In this document: positions 25,793-36,574 of the stretch, in pieces
Layout: every line of letters begins with the position of its first letter
Numbering within the stretch: position 1 is the first letter of the stretch
Source: Takakia lepidozioides
Lineage: Eukaryota > Plantae > Bryophyta
Assembly: GCA_030704615.1 (NCBI GenBank)
Contig: CM060731.1
Span: 80,042,001 to 80,106,000 of the forward strand
Direction: 5' to 3'
DNA length: 64,000 nucleotides
Position numbers and translations under genes: made by a program
The notes under the pieces: model-generated
The model's input: the letters and a program-made list of their open reading frames with translations, nothing else
Told to the model about the DNA's origin: nothing
Databases searched by the model: none

Positions 25793-26302
25793 TGCGACCG
25801 CTCCAGGTCGCACGAGGAAGTCGCACGTTAATATTTTTTTTAAACTGCTGCGACCACCCCCATGCTGGTGGTCGCACCTATTAAAAAAAAGAAAAATGTT
25901 GCGACCACCCCCATACTCATGGTCACAGAGATTATTTAATAAATAAATAAATAAAATATAAAAAAAACTGCGACCACCCCCCTGCTGGTGGTCGCACCTA
26001 TTAAAAAAACAAAAAAATACTTCGACCACCCCCATGCTGGTGGTCGCAGATATTAAAAAATAGAAAAATGTTGTGACCACCCTCCTGATGGTGGTCGCAC
26101 CTATTACAAATAAAATAAAAATTGTGCGACCACCAGTAGCGGTGGTCGCAACTGTTTAAGAAAAGAAAAAAATGCGACCACCCCTGCTAGTGGTCACATC
26201 TATTTTTAAAAAACAAAAAATGCTGCGACAACCCCTTTGCTGGTGGTCGCAACTATTAAAAAATAAGATAAATTCTGCGACCACCACCATTTGGAGGTCG
26301 CA
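25793..26302. repeat. Palindrome array 3: ~10 units, period mostly ~51-52 bp
   Basis: Units near 25793, 25849, 25900, 25969, 26022, 26073, 26125, 26173, 26224 and 26275. Confidence 0.95.
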
Positions 26303-29300
26303 CCAATTTAACAATAATGATTTAAAAATGACCTCAACTATTGGCGGTGTAGTAATTTATAAAACAATTCATTCACTTGCCAAGGTGTCGCTTGGAATAC
26401 AACGTGTCCACCTACGTGGCATATTTTTCACCTAACTCATGTTTTACTAATTTTCCGGCAAAACTGACGTGACGTTGGTCGCATCAGCATCAGGTCCGAC
26501 GTGACGTGACGTGTGCAACCCTGTAGGCTTCACGTCATAGTTACTCACTTTGATGCGCGCGCCTAACTCCCAAACTGGCCGCCGGGCCAACTCGGAGCTT
26601 CGGCTGCTCACTGGGACATAAACGGTCCTTCTTTGCTCTTCCACAAGACCCTCGCTCACTTTGGGCCTAGTGGAGATTCCCTTTGGTTGTTGGCAGTCCG
26701 GAACAGCTCCCCACATCTTGGTCACTTTCCGGCTCGCACACATACTCACTAGTTTTTGGTCACCAACAGGCTTGCACCGTTCTTGGGGTTACTACTCCCT
26801 ATATAAACTTCTGTGACTGTCCGCGGGGGTTTCACAAACAACACCGTCCTTTAATGGCGAACCACCACGAAGACCCTTGACTCCCGGTGATGAGTCGCGG
26901 TGAGTCTTGGCCCACCCACCACGGCCCCAATGGACCGTGATAAGTCCCAAGACTTCCCACGACTCCCACCACAAGGTCTCCGCCCCATGGTGAGTCCTAT
27001 GCCACCCCCACTAAGACCCACTAAGCTACCACCACCCCTCGTGGAACCACCCCCACCGCAACCCGGTGTGCGGGGCTCCACCTAGTGAGCGCCTCCGCCT
27101 CCTTGAGTGCCTTGGGCACTCAAGGATGCTTCAGCCCCCGTACCTATTGTTGCCATTGCCCCCACCACAGCGGCAGCCCCTCTTGTGTCCCGACCCCCTG
27201 CCCTCAAGGCAAAGGGCCGCGACACACACCCCTACCAACAGGGAGTCGATGTCCTCATCGACTTGTCCAATTTGTAGAAACTAACATCGAAGTTGTGGCG
27301 TCCCACATCAAGGAGTCTGTTTCCGTACCATGGCGTCCCATGACAAAGAACCAAATCTCCACTTGACTCTACTCTCCACTAGCTAGTTCAGCCGACTTTC
27401 TCCAAGTCCCGCCCAAGGTTGGAGCCTCTCCAGCTCCACCCAGTGCACTCTTCTTGGCCCACTTCAAGGCCAAGGAACGATCCTCCCCGAGGATCGAATC
27501 GCCTTACTGTAACAACATTGCTTGCGATCGCTCATGATTCCGCTTTTTGGCATCACTTTGAGCAAGGGATCACCTTGAACCGTTTTTGGCATCAACCGTG
27601 TGCCCCCAATCACTACAATTGGGTCTGCCTTGGACTAATGCTGGCATGAGGTACGGGAACACGCCGAAGCCGCACTACGACTTCGTCCCGAGGTTACACG
27701 ATTATAGTACGTGAACGGAAGCACGTAGCTTCCGCGTTAGCCCGCACTACAAGACAACCTCCTCGGTAGCGCAGATATAGTATGCGCACGCGCCAGGTGC
27801 ACATTAGCACGTGAACTCCCAAAGAAGGCGCAAGTTTTCTTGCCCCTTAGATGGGAGTCACCCAATTTCAGCACTGCGCAAACACACGATTAATCCAATT
27901 TACCTCTCCCACTTTTGTAAGCTAGCATGCATTCTACACACTAGCCAACCATACCATGCATCACCATTCCAAACAAAATAGGACACACAACATTTGGAAA
28001 CCATTTCATTTATAAACAAAATTTGTACAACACAAGTTTTTGCAGTCGAATTCCTGAGCTAGCTAAGCCGGACTAAGCATGCATCTCCTCCCCCACGATC
28101 CAAGGTTGATGTCCCCATCAACGCTTCTTCCGCTTCTGAGGTCGCCCTTCGAAAGCTGCAACCGCCTCGGATGCGTTTCCCATTTCTGAGGCATGCACCC
28201 AAGTTGCCTCCACTTGATGATAGCCCTTCCATTTCACGAGAAACTCGTTTCTTGATTCTTGAACCTCCTCGACTTAAGCACTGCCTCCACCTCTTACTCA
28301 GGTTCATTTTCATGATCCAACAGCACAGGTGGCGGATGCAACACTTGATGCTGATTCAGAGGCACTTCATCTTTGAAGTTAGGATTCAAAAAAGAAACGT
28401 GGAATACCGGATGCACCTTGCTCTTTGCCGGCAGCTCCAATTCATACACATCATCATTCATAACCTCCGGATGCGAAAGGGCCCTGCATACGGAGATACG
28501 AACTTTGGACTCACTTTCGGAGGTAGTCGAAAATTCTTGATGTTCAACTAGACATCCGTGCCTGCCTCAAACTTAACTTCCCTCCGTTTTCGATTCGCCT
28601 GCCATTCATACCGTTTCCTAGCTTTGGCAATGTTGTACTTTGCGAGCTCCAACAAATGCTCACGTTCTTCCAGCACCGCTGCTGCTGCCGGTTCCTCAAC
28701 GTATTGGGCGGCCCAACTTGTCGGCACCAGAGGTGCTTTTCTATAGACCAATACGAAAGGGGAAACTCCTGTTGCGGAGTGTTTTGTGTTATTTTAACAG
28801 AACTCTGCCGCATCCCAGTGCTCCACCTAGTCTGATTGGTCTGCCGACCCATAATTCCGCAAAATCTGCTTCACCACGGAATTCACTCTTTCCGTTTGGC
28901 CGTCCGTTGTAGGTCGGAAGGCCATGCTCATCTTGAGCCTCGTCCCCATTTTCTTCCAAAGTGCTTTCCAAAATTTACTTGTAAACTTTGGATCGCGGTC
29001 CGAGACAATATCCTTCGGGAGTCCATGATGCTTGAAGACGATGGCGAAGTAAAGTCACCCCGTCTCCTGCGTCGTTGTCATCTCCTTGGTGGGAATGAAA
29101 TGGCCCATTTTACTGAACCTATCCACCACCACCATGATTGCATCGAATCCTTCTGACAGCGGCATAACAGTCATGAAATCCATCGAGACACTTTCCCAAG
29201 ACCCCTCTGGAATCGACAAAGGTCGTAACAGCCCCGCTTGCTTTTTGTACTTGCTCCGGTTTTGTTGGTATGTGGTGCATGTCTTGACATACTCCTCGGC

Positions 29301-30997
29301 CTCCTCCCTCAGTTTGGGCCAGAAATACTTTTTCTTCAAGAGTGCCGCGGTGCACTTGGCTCCGCCGTTGTCGCGCACCTCACTTCGGTAAGCTCCCCTT
29401 CAAGTCATAGTTACTCGCTTTGATGCGCGCGCCTGACTCCCAACCTGGCCGCTCGGGCCAACTTGGAGCTTCGGCTGCTCACCGGGACATAACGGTCCCC
29501 CCTTTGCTTCCCACTAAACCCTCCACCTAATTGGGACTAGGAGAATTCCCTTTGGTAGATGGCAGTCCGGAACAGCTCCCCACTCTTTGGTCGCTTTCCG
29601 GCTCGCTCGCTTACTCACTAGTTTTTGGTCACCAACGGGCTTGCACCGTTCTCGGGGTTACTACTCCCTATAAATACTTCTATAGCTGTCCGCGGGGGTT
29701 TCACAACCAGCCATGCCATTTTATGGCGAACCACCACGAAGACCCTCGATTCCCGGTGGTGAGTCGCGGTGAGTCTTGGCCCACTCACCGCGGCCCCAAT
29801 GGACCGTGATGAGTCCCAAGACTCCCCACGACTCCCACCTCGAGGTCTCCACCCCATGGTGAGTCCTATGCCACCCCCACTAAGTCCCGCTAAGCTACCA
29901 CCACCCTTGTGGAGCCACCCCCACCGCAACCCGGTGTGCGGGGCTCCACCTAGTGAGCGCCTCCGCCTCCTTGAGTGCCTTGGGCACTCAAGGGTGCTTC
30001 AGCCCTCGTACCTATCGCTGCTACTGCCCCCACCACAGGGCAGCCCCTCTTGTGTCCCGACCTCCCTGCCCTCAAGGCAAAGGGCCGCGACACACACCCC
30101 TACCAACAGGGAGTCGATGTCCTCATTGACTTGTCCATTTTGTAGAAACGAACATCCAAGTTGTGGCGTCCCACATCAAGGAGTTTGTTTCCGTACCATG
30201 GCGTCCCATGGCAAAGAACCAAACCCCACACTTGACTCTATTCTCCACTAGCTAGTTTGGCCGACTTCCTCCAAGTCCCGGCCAAGGGTGGAGCCTCTCC
30301 AGCTCCTCCCAGTGCACTCTTCTTGGCCTACTTCAAGGCCAAGGAACGATCCTCCCCGAGGATCGAATCGCCTTACTGCAAAAACATTGCTTGCGACCGC
30401 CCATGATGCCGCTTTTGGCATCACCTTGAGCAAGGGTTCCCTGGAACCCTCTTTGACTAGGAAGATAACCTTGAATCAACCGTGCGCCCCAATCACTACA
30501 ATTGGGTCCGCCTTGGAATGCTGGCCTGAGGTACGGGAACACGCCGAAGCCGCACTACGACTTCGTCCCGAGGCTACACGAATATAGTACGTGAACGGAA
30601 GCACGTAGCTTCCACGTTAGCCCGCACTACAAGGCAACCCCCTCGGTAGCGCAGTTATAGTACGCGCACGCGCCAGGTGCGCACTAGCACGTGAACTCCC
30701 AAAGAAGGCACAAGTTTCCTTGCCCCTTGGATGGGGGTCACCCGATTTTGGCACTACGCAAACACACGATTAATCCAATTTACCTCTCCCATTTTTATAA
30801 GCTAGCATGCATTCTACACACTAGCCAACCATTCCATGCATCACCATTCCAAACAAAATAGTAAGCACAACATTTGGAATCCATTTCATTTATAGCACGT
30901 TTTGTACAATACAAGTTTTTTGCAATCGGATTCCTAAGCTAGCTAAGCCGGGCTAAGCATGCATTTCCTCCCCCATGCTCCAAGGTTGATGTCCCCA

Positions 30998-32075
30998 TCA
31001 ACGCTTCTTCCGCTTTTGAGGTCGCCCTTCGAAAGCTGCAACCGCCTCGGATGCGTTTCCCATTTCTGAGGCACGCACCCAAGATGCCTCCACATGATGA
31101 TAGCCCTTCCATTTGACGAGATACTCCGTTTCTCGGTTCTTGAACCTCCTCGACTTAAGTATTGCCTCCACCTCGTACTCAGGTTCATTTTCATGATCCA
31201 ATAGCATAGGTGGCGGACGCAACACTTGATGCCGATTCGGACGCGCTTCATCTTTGAAGTAAGGTTTCAAAAGGGAGACATGGAATACGGGGTGCACCTT
31301 GCTGTTTGCCGGCAGCTCCAATTCATACACATCCTCATTCATAACCTTCCGAATGCGAAAGGGTCCTGCATACGGAGGTACGAACTTTGGACTCACTTCC
31401 GAAGGTAGTCGGAAATTCTTGATGTTCAACCAGACCTCTGTGCCTGCCTCAAACTTCACTTCCCTCCGCTTCCGATTTGCCTGCCTTTCATACCGTTTCC
31501 TAGCTTTGGCAATGTTGTACTTTGCGAGCTTCAACAAACGCTCGCGTTCTTCCAATACTGCCGCTACTGCCGGTTCCTCAACGTCCTGGGCGGCCCAACT
31601 TGTCGGCACCAGAGGTGCTTTTCCATAGACCAATACTAAAGGGGAAACTCCCGTTGCGGAGTGTTCTGTGTTATTATAACAGAACTCTGCCGCGTCTAAG
31701 TGTTCCATCCAGTCTGATTGGTCTGCCGACACGTAATTCCGCAAGAATTGCTTCACTACGGAATTCACTCTTTCCGTTTGGCCGTCCGTCGTAGGTCGGA
31801 AGGCGGTGCTCATCTTCAGCCTCGTCCCCATCTTCTTCCAAAGTGCTCTCCAGAATTTACTCGTAAACTTTGGATCGCGGTCCGAGACAATATCCTTCGG
31901 GACTCCATGATGCTTTAAGACGTGGGCGAAGTAAAGTCGCCCTGTCTCCTGCGCCGTTGCCGTCTCCTTGGTGGGGATGAAATGGCCCATTTTACTGAAC
32001 CTATCTACCACCACCATGATTGCATCGAATCCTTTTGACAGTGGCATAGCAGTCATGAAATCCATCGAGACGCTT
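30998..32075 (-). CDS. Integrase core plus chromodomain of copy B (no N-terminal zinc finger)
   Basis: SVSMDF...VVVDRFSK...IVSDRDPKF...DGQTERVN...GPF...HPVFHVSLLKPY...EYEVEAILKSRR...YLVKWKGY...ASW. Confidence 0.93.
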
Positions 32076-32990
32076 CGATTTCCACGTGCCATTTTCGCCG
32101 CGTGGCCTATCCCACTTCTTTTCCGGTCGGAAGGAGTCACCTTCCCGCCGAATCTTCTTGTGGTTCAGCTCCGTACGACCTTGTCTTTCACCCCTAGGGA
32201 CATCTGAGAAACATTCAGCCCTCTCAATAGCCTCGTTCAAAGTCTTGGGTGGTTTCTCCTCCAACTTCCGCCTGGCCCATGGGGCCAGTCCCGCCACAAA
32301 GTTGAAGACCATTTCTGGTTCTGCCATGTCCGCGACTTCGAGCAACAGCACATTGAAAGCCTGGACATACCCCCGAATGTCATCTGTTTGCTTCAAATTC
32401 CTCATCTTGTCCCGGGCAAGCCAGGACGCGTTGAGGGGCACAAACTGTCTCTTCATCAATTCCTTGAACCCACTCCAGTTCAAGGTTTCCGGGCTTGGAC
32501 CTCGGTCGTGAAGGCGTTTCTGCCACCATTGTTGAGCATAGCCCCTCAAATAGGTGGGAGCCACTTCCACCCGATCCTCGTCACTCAACTTGGCCGCCCG
32601 GAAGTACTGCTCTAGCTCCAAGAGCCAGGTGTTGAGTGCCTTCCGGTTTCGGACGCCCTCGAAGGTGCCGGGTTCCTTAGGCTTAAACTTTGCCTTAGTG
32701 GAAGTGGCATTAGCCGCCTTCAACACGTCTTTCAACGTCCCGCCAAACTGCGCCAACAACCCTTCCCAAAAGGCTGCCGGCATGGGAGGCATCTCTTGGC
32801 TTGTCGGAGCTCTCAAGGATTCCTCAGGCTCCGACTCCTCGGATTCCTCCCGCTCTTGGGCGGCCTCGTTTTCGGAAACATGCATCGCTTCCTCAAACGG
32901 CCGCCTCGGTGACACGCCGCCCCCATCGGGCTCACCGGGATCATCATCTTTTGGGCCGTTCCGCTTTCGCTTCGGCTTGCCCGACCCCAT
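32001..32990 (-). CDS. gag: Gag of copy B (3' end runs out of frame across the deletion junction)
   Basis: KPKEPGTFEGVRNRKALNTWLLELEQYF...YLRGYAQQWW...WSGFKELMKRQF...LKQTDDIRGYVQAF...FVAGL. Confidence 0.93.
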   Translation of the reverse strand: MGSGKPKRKRNGPKDDDPGEPDGGGVSPRRPFEEAMHVSENEAAQEREESEESEPEESLRAPTSQEMPPMPAAFWEGLLAQFGGTLKDVLKAANATSTKAKFKPKEPGTFEGVRNRKALNTWLLELEQYFRAAKLSDEDRVEVAPTYLRGYAQQWWQKRLHDRGPSPETLNWSGFKELMKRQFVPLNASWLARDKMRNLKQTDDIRGYVQAFNVLLLEVADMAEPEMVFNFVAGLAPWARRKLEEKPPKTLNEAIERAECFSDVPRGERQGRTELNHKKIRREGDSFRPEKKWDRPRGENGTWKSKRLDGFHDCYATVKRIRCNHGGGR

Positions 32991-33031
32991 GATGAGGCCA
33001 ATCCCAAGGACGATCGCGTACTGAACTCTAA

Positions 33032-33043
33032 GCTCTGATACCA
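33032..33043 (-). other. Primer-binding site complementary to initiator tRNA-Met
   Basis: TGGTATCAGAGC, 2 nt inside the LTR end ...CGCGACA. Confidence 0.9.
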
Positions 33044-34544
33044 AGTGTCGCGCACCTCACTTCGGTAAGCTCCCCTTCAAGTCATAATTACTCGCTTTGA
33101 TGCGCGCGCCTGACTCCCAACCTGGCCGCTCGGGCCAACTTGGAGCTTCGGCTGCTCACCGGGACATAACGGTCCCCCCTTCGCTTCCCACTAAACCCTC
33201 CACCTAATTGGGACTAGGAGAATTCCCTTTGGTAGATGGCAGTCCGGAACAGCTCCCCACTCTTTGGTTGCTTTCCGGCTCGCTCACTTACTCACTAGTT
33301 TTTGGTCACCAATGGGCTTGCACTGTTCTCGGGGTTACTACTCCCTATATATACTTCTGTAGCTGTCCGCGGGGGTTTCACAACCAGCCATGCCATTTTA
33401 TGGCGAACCACCACGAAGACCCTCGATTCCCGGTGGTGAGTCGCGGTGAGTCTTGGCCCACTCACCGCGGCCCCAATGGACCGTGATGAGTCCCAAGACT
33501 CCCCACGACTCCCACCTCGAGGTCTCCACCCCATGGTGAGTCCTATGCCACCCCCACTAAGTCCCGCTAAGCTACCACCACCCCTTGTGGAGTCACCCCC
33601 ACCGCAACCCGGTGTGCGGGGCTCCACCTAGTGAGCGCCTCCGCCTCCTTGAGTGCCTTGGGCACTCAAGGGTGCTTCAGCCCTCGTACCTATCGCTGCT
33701 ACTGCCCCCACCACAGGGGCAGCCCCTCATGTGTCCCGACCTCCCTGCCCTCAAGGCAAAGGGCCGCGATAGCCGTGGCCCGCAAACAGGCCATCGTGGC
33801 ATTCTCTCAAGAGACTATCTTTGATCCCTCCCAGCTTGGGCATGTAGAGGCGGTTTTGCTTGTACCGGAGCAGTCCATTGTGCAAGTGAAACTGCGATTT
33901 AACCCCCATCTTCAAGTCCCGCATCACGGACTTCGCCATCTCATCCTTCCTGTAAGCCTTCCGGATCTTCCTTTGGAGCGCCGTCTCGCCCCTATACACC
34001 AACGTGAGCTGCTGCTTTCTACTTAAAGCATCGGCCACCACATTGTCCCGTCCCGGTTTGTACTGGATATCCACGTTGAACACCGCCAAAGTGTCTTGCC
34101 ACCTAAGTTGTTTTGGGGACAACTTAGGCTGCGTGGCAAAATACTTCACTGTGACATTGTCCGTGAACACCTTCACCGGGTTGGAACCAAGATAGTGGCG
34201 CCAAAACTCAAGGCAATGCACCACCGCCTTCATTTTTTTCTCGTACATAGGCCACCGTCGCTCCACTTCATTCAGTTTCTTACTTTTGTAAGCCACTGGA
34301 CGTCCATCCTGCATGAGCACACCCCCAATTGCGAAGTTCGATGCATCTGTATGAATCTCAAATGGACAGTCGAACTCCGGGATTTTCAGGACTGGTGCTT
34401 CCGCCATCCGCTGCTTCTACTCGGCAAAAGCTTGGCCACAAAAGGTGTTCCATACCCATACCTTAGACTTACATAGAAGGTCCGACAGTGGTCCCGCGAT
34501 CTTGGCGAAATTTCTCACATACTTTTCGGTAATAGGAGGCGAGT

Positions 34545-36574
34545 TGTCGCGCCCCCTTGCCTTGAGAGCAGGGGGGTCGGGACACATGAGGGGCTGCCCC
34601 TGTGGTGGGGGCAGCGGCAGCGATAGGTATGGGGGCTGAAGCACCCTTGAGTGCCCAAGGCACTCAAGGAGGCGGAGGCGCTCACTAGGTGGAGCCCCGC
34701 ACACCGGGTTGCGGTGGGGGTGACTCCACAAGGGGTGGTGGTAGCTTAGCAGGACTTAGTGGGGGTGGCATAGGACTCACCATGGGGGCGGAGACCTCGT
34801 GGTGGGAGTCGTGGGGAGTCTTGGGACTCATCACGGTCCATTGGGGCCATGGTGAGTGGGCCAAGACTCACCGCGACTCATCACTGGGAGTCGAGGGTTT
34901 TCGTGGTGGTTCGCCATAAAATGGCATGGCTGGTTGTGAAACCCCCGCGGACAGCTACAGAAGTATATATAGGGAGTAGTAACCCCGAGAACGGTGCAAG
35001 CCCGTTGGTGACCAAAAACTAGTGAGTAAGCGAGCGAGCCGGAAAGCGACCAAAGAGTGGGGAGCTGTTCCGGACTGCCATCTACCAAAGGGAATTCCAC
35101 TAGGCCCAAATAGTTGGAGGGTTTAGTGGGGGAGCAAAGGGGGACTGTTATATTTTGTTTGGAATGGTGATGCATGGTATGGTTGGCTAGTGTGTAGAAT
35201 GCATGCTAAGCTTACAAAGTGGGAGAGGTAAATTGGATTAATCGTGTGTTTGTGTAGTGCCGAAATCGGGTGACTCCCACCCAAGGGGCAAGAAAACTTG
35301 CACCTTCGTTGGGAGTTCACGTGCTAGTGCGCACCTGGCGCGTGCGCGTACTATAACTGCGCTACTGAGGGGGTTGCCTTGTAGTGCGGGCTAACGCGGA
35401 AGCTACGTGCTTCCGTTCACATACTATAATCGTGTAGCCTCGGGACGAAGTCGTAGTGCGGCTTCGGCGTGTTCCCTCAGGCCAACATTCCAAGGCGGAC
35501 CCAATTGTAGTGATTGGGGCGCACGGTTGGTTCAAGGTTATCTTCCTAGTGAAAAAGGGTTCAAGGCAGTAAGGCGATTCGATCCTCGGGGAGGATCGTT
35601 CCTTGGCCCTGAAGTGGGTCAAGAAGAGTGCACTGGGAGGAGCTTGAGAGGCCCCACCCTTGGCCAGGACTTGGAGGAAGTCGGCCGAACTAGCTAGTGG
35701 AGAGTAGAGTCAAGTGGGGGTTTGGTTCTTAGCCATGGGACGCCATGGTGCGGAAACAAACTCCTTGATGTGGGACGCCACAACTTGGATGTTTGTTTCT
35801 ACAAAATGGACAAGTCGATGAGGACATCGACTCCCTGTTGGTAGGGGTGTGTGTCGCGGCCGTTTGCCTCGAGGGCAGGGGTCGGGACGCAAGAGGGGCT
35901 GCCCCTGTGGTGGGGGCAGTGGAAGCGATAGGTACGGGGGGCTGAAGCACCCTTGAGTGCTTATGGCACTCAATGAGGCAGAGGCGCTCACTAGGTGGAG
36001 CCCCGCACACCGGGTTGCGGTGGGGGTGGCTCCACAAGGAGTGGTGATAGCTTAGTGGGACTTAGTGGGGGTGACATAGGACTCACCATGGGGGCGGAGA
36101 CATCGTGGTGGGAGTCGTGGGGAGTCTTGGGCCTCATCACGGTCCAATGGGATCGTGGTGAGTGGGCCAAGACTCACCGCGACTCATCACCGGGAATCGA
36201 GGGTTTTCGTGGTGGCTCGCCATAAAATGGCATGGTTGTTTGTGAAACCCCCGTGGACAGTCACAGAAGTATATATAGGGAGTAGTAACCCCGAGAACGG
36301 TGCAAGCCCGTTGGTGACCAAAAACTAGTGAGTAAGCGTGGGAGCCGGAAAGCGACCAAGGTGTGGGGAGCTATTCTGGACTGCCATCGACCAAAGGGAA
36401 TTTCCACTAGGCCCAAATTGGGAGAGGGTCTAGTGGAGGAGTAAAGGGGGACCGTTATGCCCGGTGAGCAGCGAAGCTCCGAGTTGGCCCGGTGGCCAGT
36501 TTGGGAGTTAGGCGCGCGCATCAAGCGAGTAACTATGACTTGAAGGGGAGCTTACCGAAGTGAGGTGCGCGACA
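34545..36574 (+). mobile_element. Chimeric chromovirus remnant: truncated LTR (34545-~35150) fused to 3' UTR plus complete LTR (35852-36574)
   Basis: Starts with TGTCGCG inside copy A's RT (LASYYRK). Jumps from LTR to 3' UTR sequence at ~35150. The flanks CGAGT and TTGCC do not match. Confidence 0.9.

Larger units (their letters stand above)
15781..26527 (-). mobile_element. Arm 2 of the large hAT-type cargo element (minisatellites, RING gene, array 2, transposase, array 3, terminus)
   Basis: Ends ...CGTGACGTGACGTGTGCAACCCTGTAGG at 26527, followed by TSD CTTCACG and the LTR continuation. The left boundary is approximate. Confidence 0.8.
29369..33771 (-). mobile_element. Chromovirus copy B, 4403 bp, two LTRs (29369-30092, 33046-33771), lacking PR-RT-RH, nested in the integrase of copy A
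   Basis: 5-bp TSD GCCGT at 29364-29368 and 33772-33776. PBS TGGTATCAGAGC next to the 5' LTR. Purine-rich tract before the 3' LTR. The LTRs differ at about a dozen positions by eye. Confidence 0.96.
26528..34544 (-). mobile_element. Chromovirus (Ty3/Gypsy, Galadriel-like) copy A: 3' LTR 26528-27224, 3' UTR, integrase-chromodomain ~28118-29368, RT end/RNase H 33772-34544; 5' half lost
   Basis: RNase H EIHTDASNFAIGGVLMQ...TDN...KPGRDNVVADALSR. Integrase LRECHDGLFAGHG|GAKCT...WESVSMDF. Degenerate chromodomain. LTR termini TGTCGCG/CGCGACA. The clade call rests on recalled Gag and RH motifs. Confidence 0.92.

Noticed and set aside
13263-26302. Palindrome arrays as CRISPR arrays
   Set aside because: The spacers are low-complexity A/T tracts similar to one another rather than unique sequences; there are no cas genes; the context is a eukaryotic TE.
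26516-26523. CAACCCTG (CAGGGTTG) as the true hAT terminus with 8-bp TSD TAGGCTTC
   Set aside because: The other end has no matching terminus or TSD; reconstructing the LTR places the boundary at 26527.
26447-36524. Numerous 60-160 aa ORFs in the LTRs and 3' UTRs
   Set aside because: They are GC-rich LTR sequence whose frames differ between copies, with no domain motifs.
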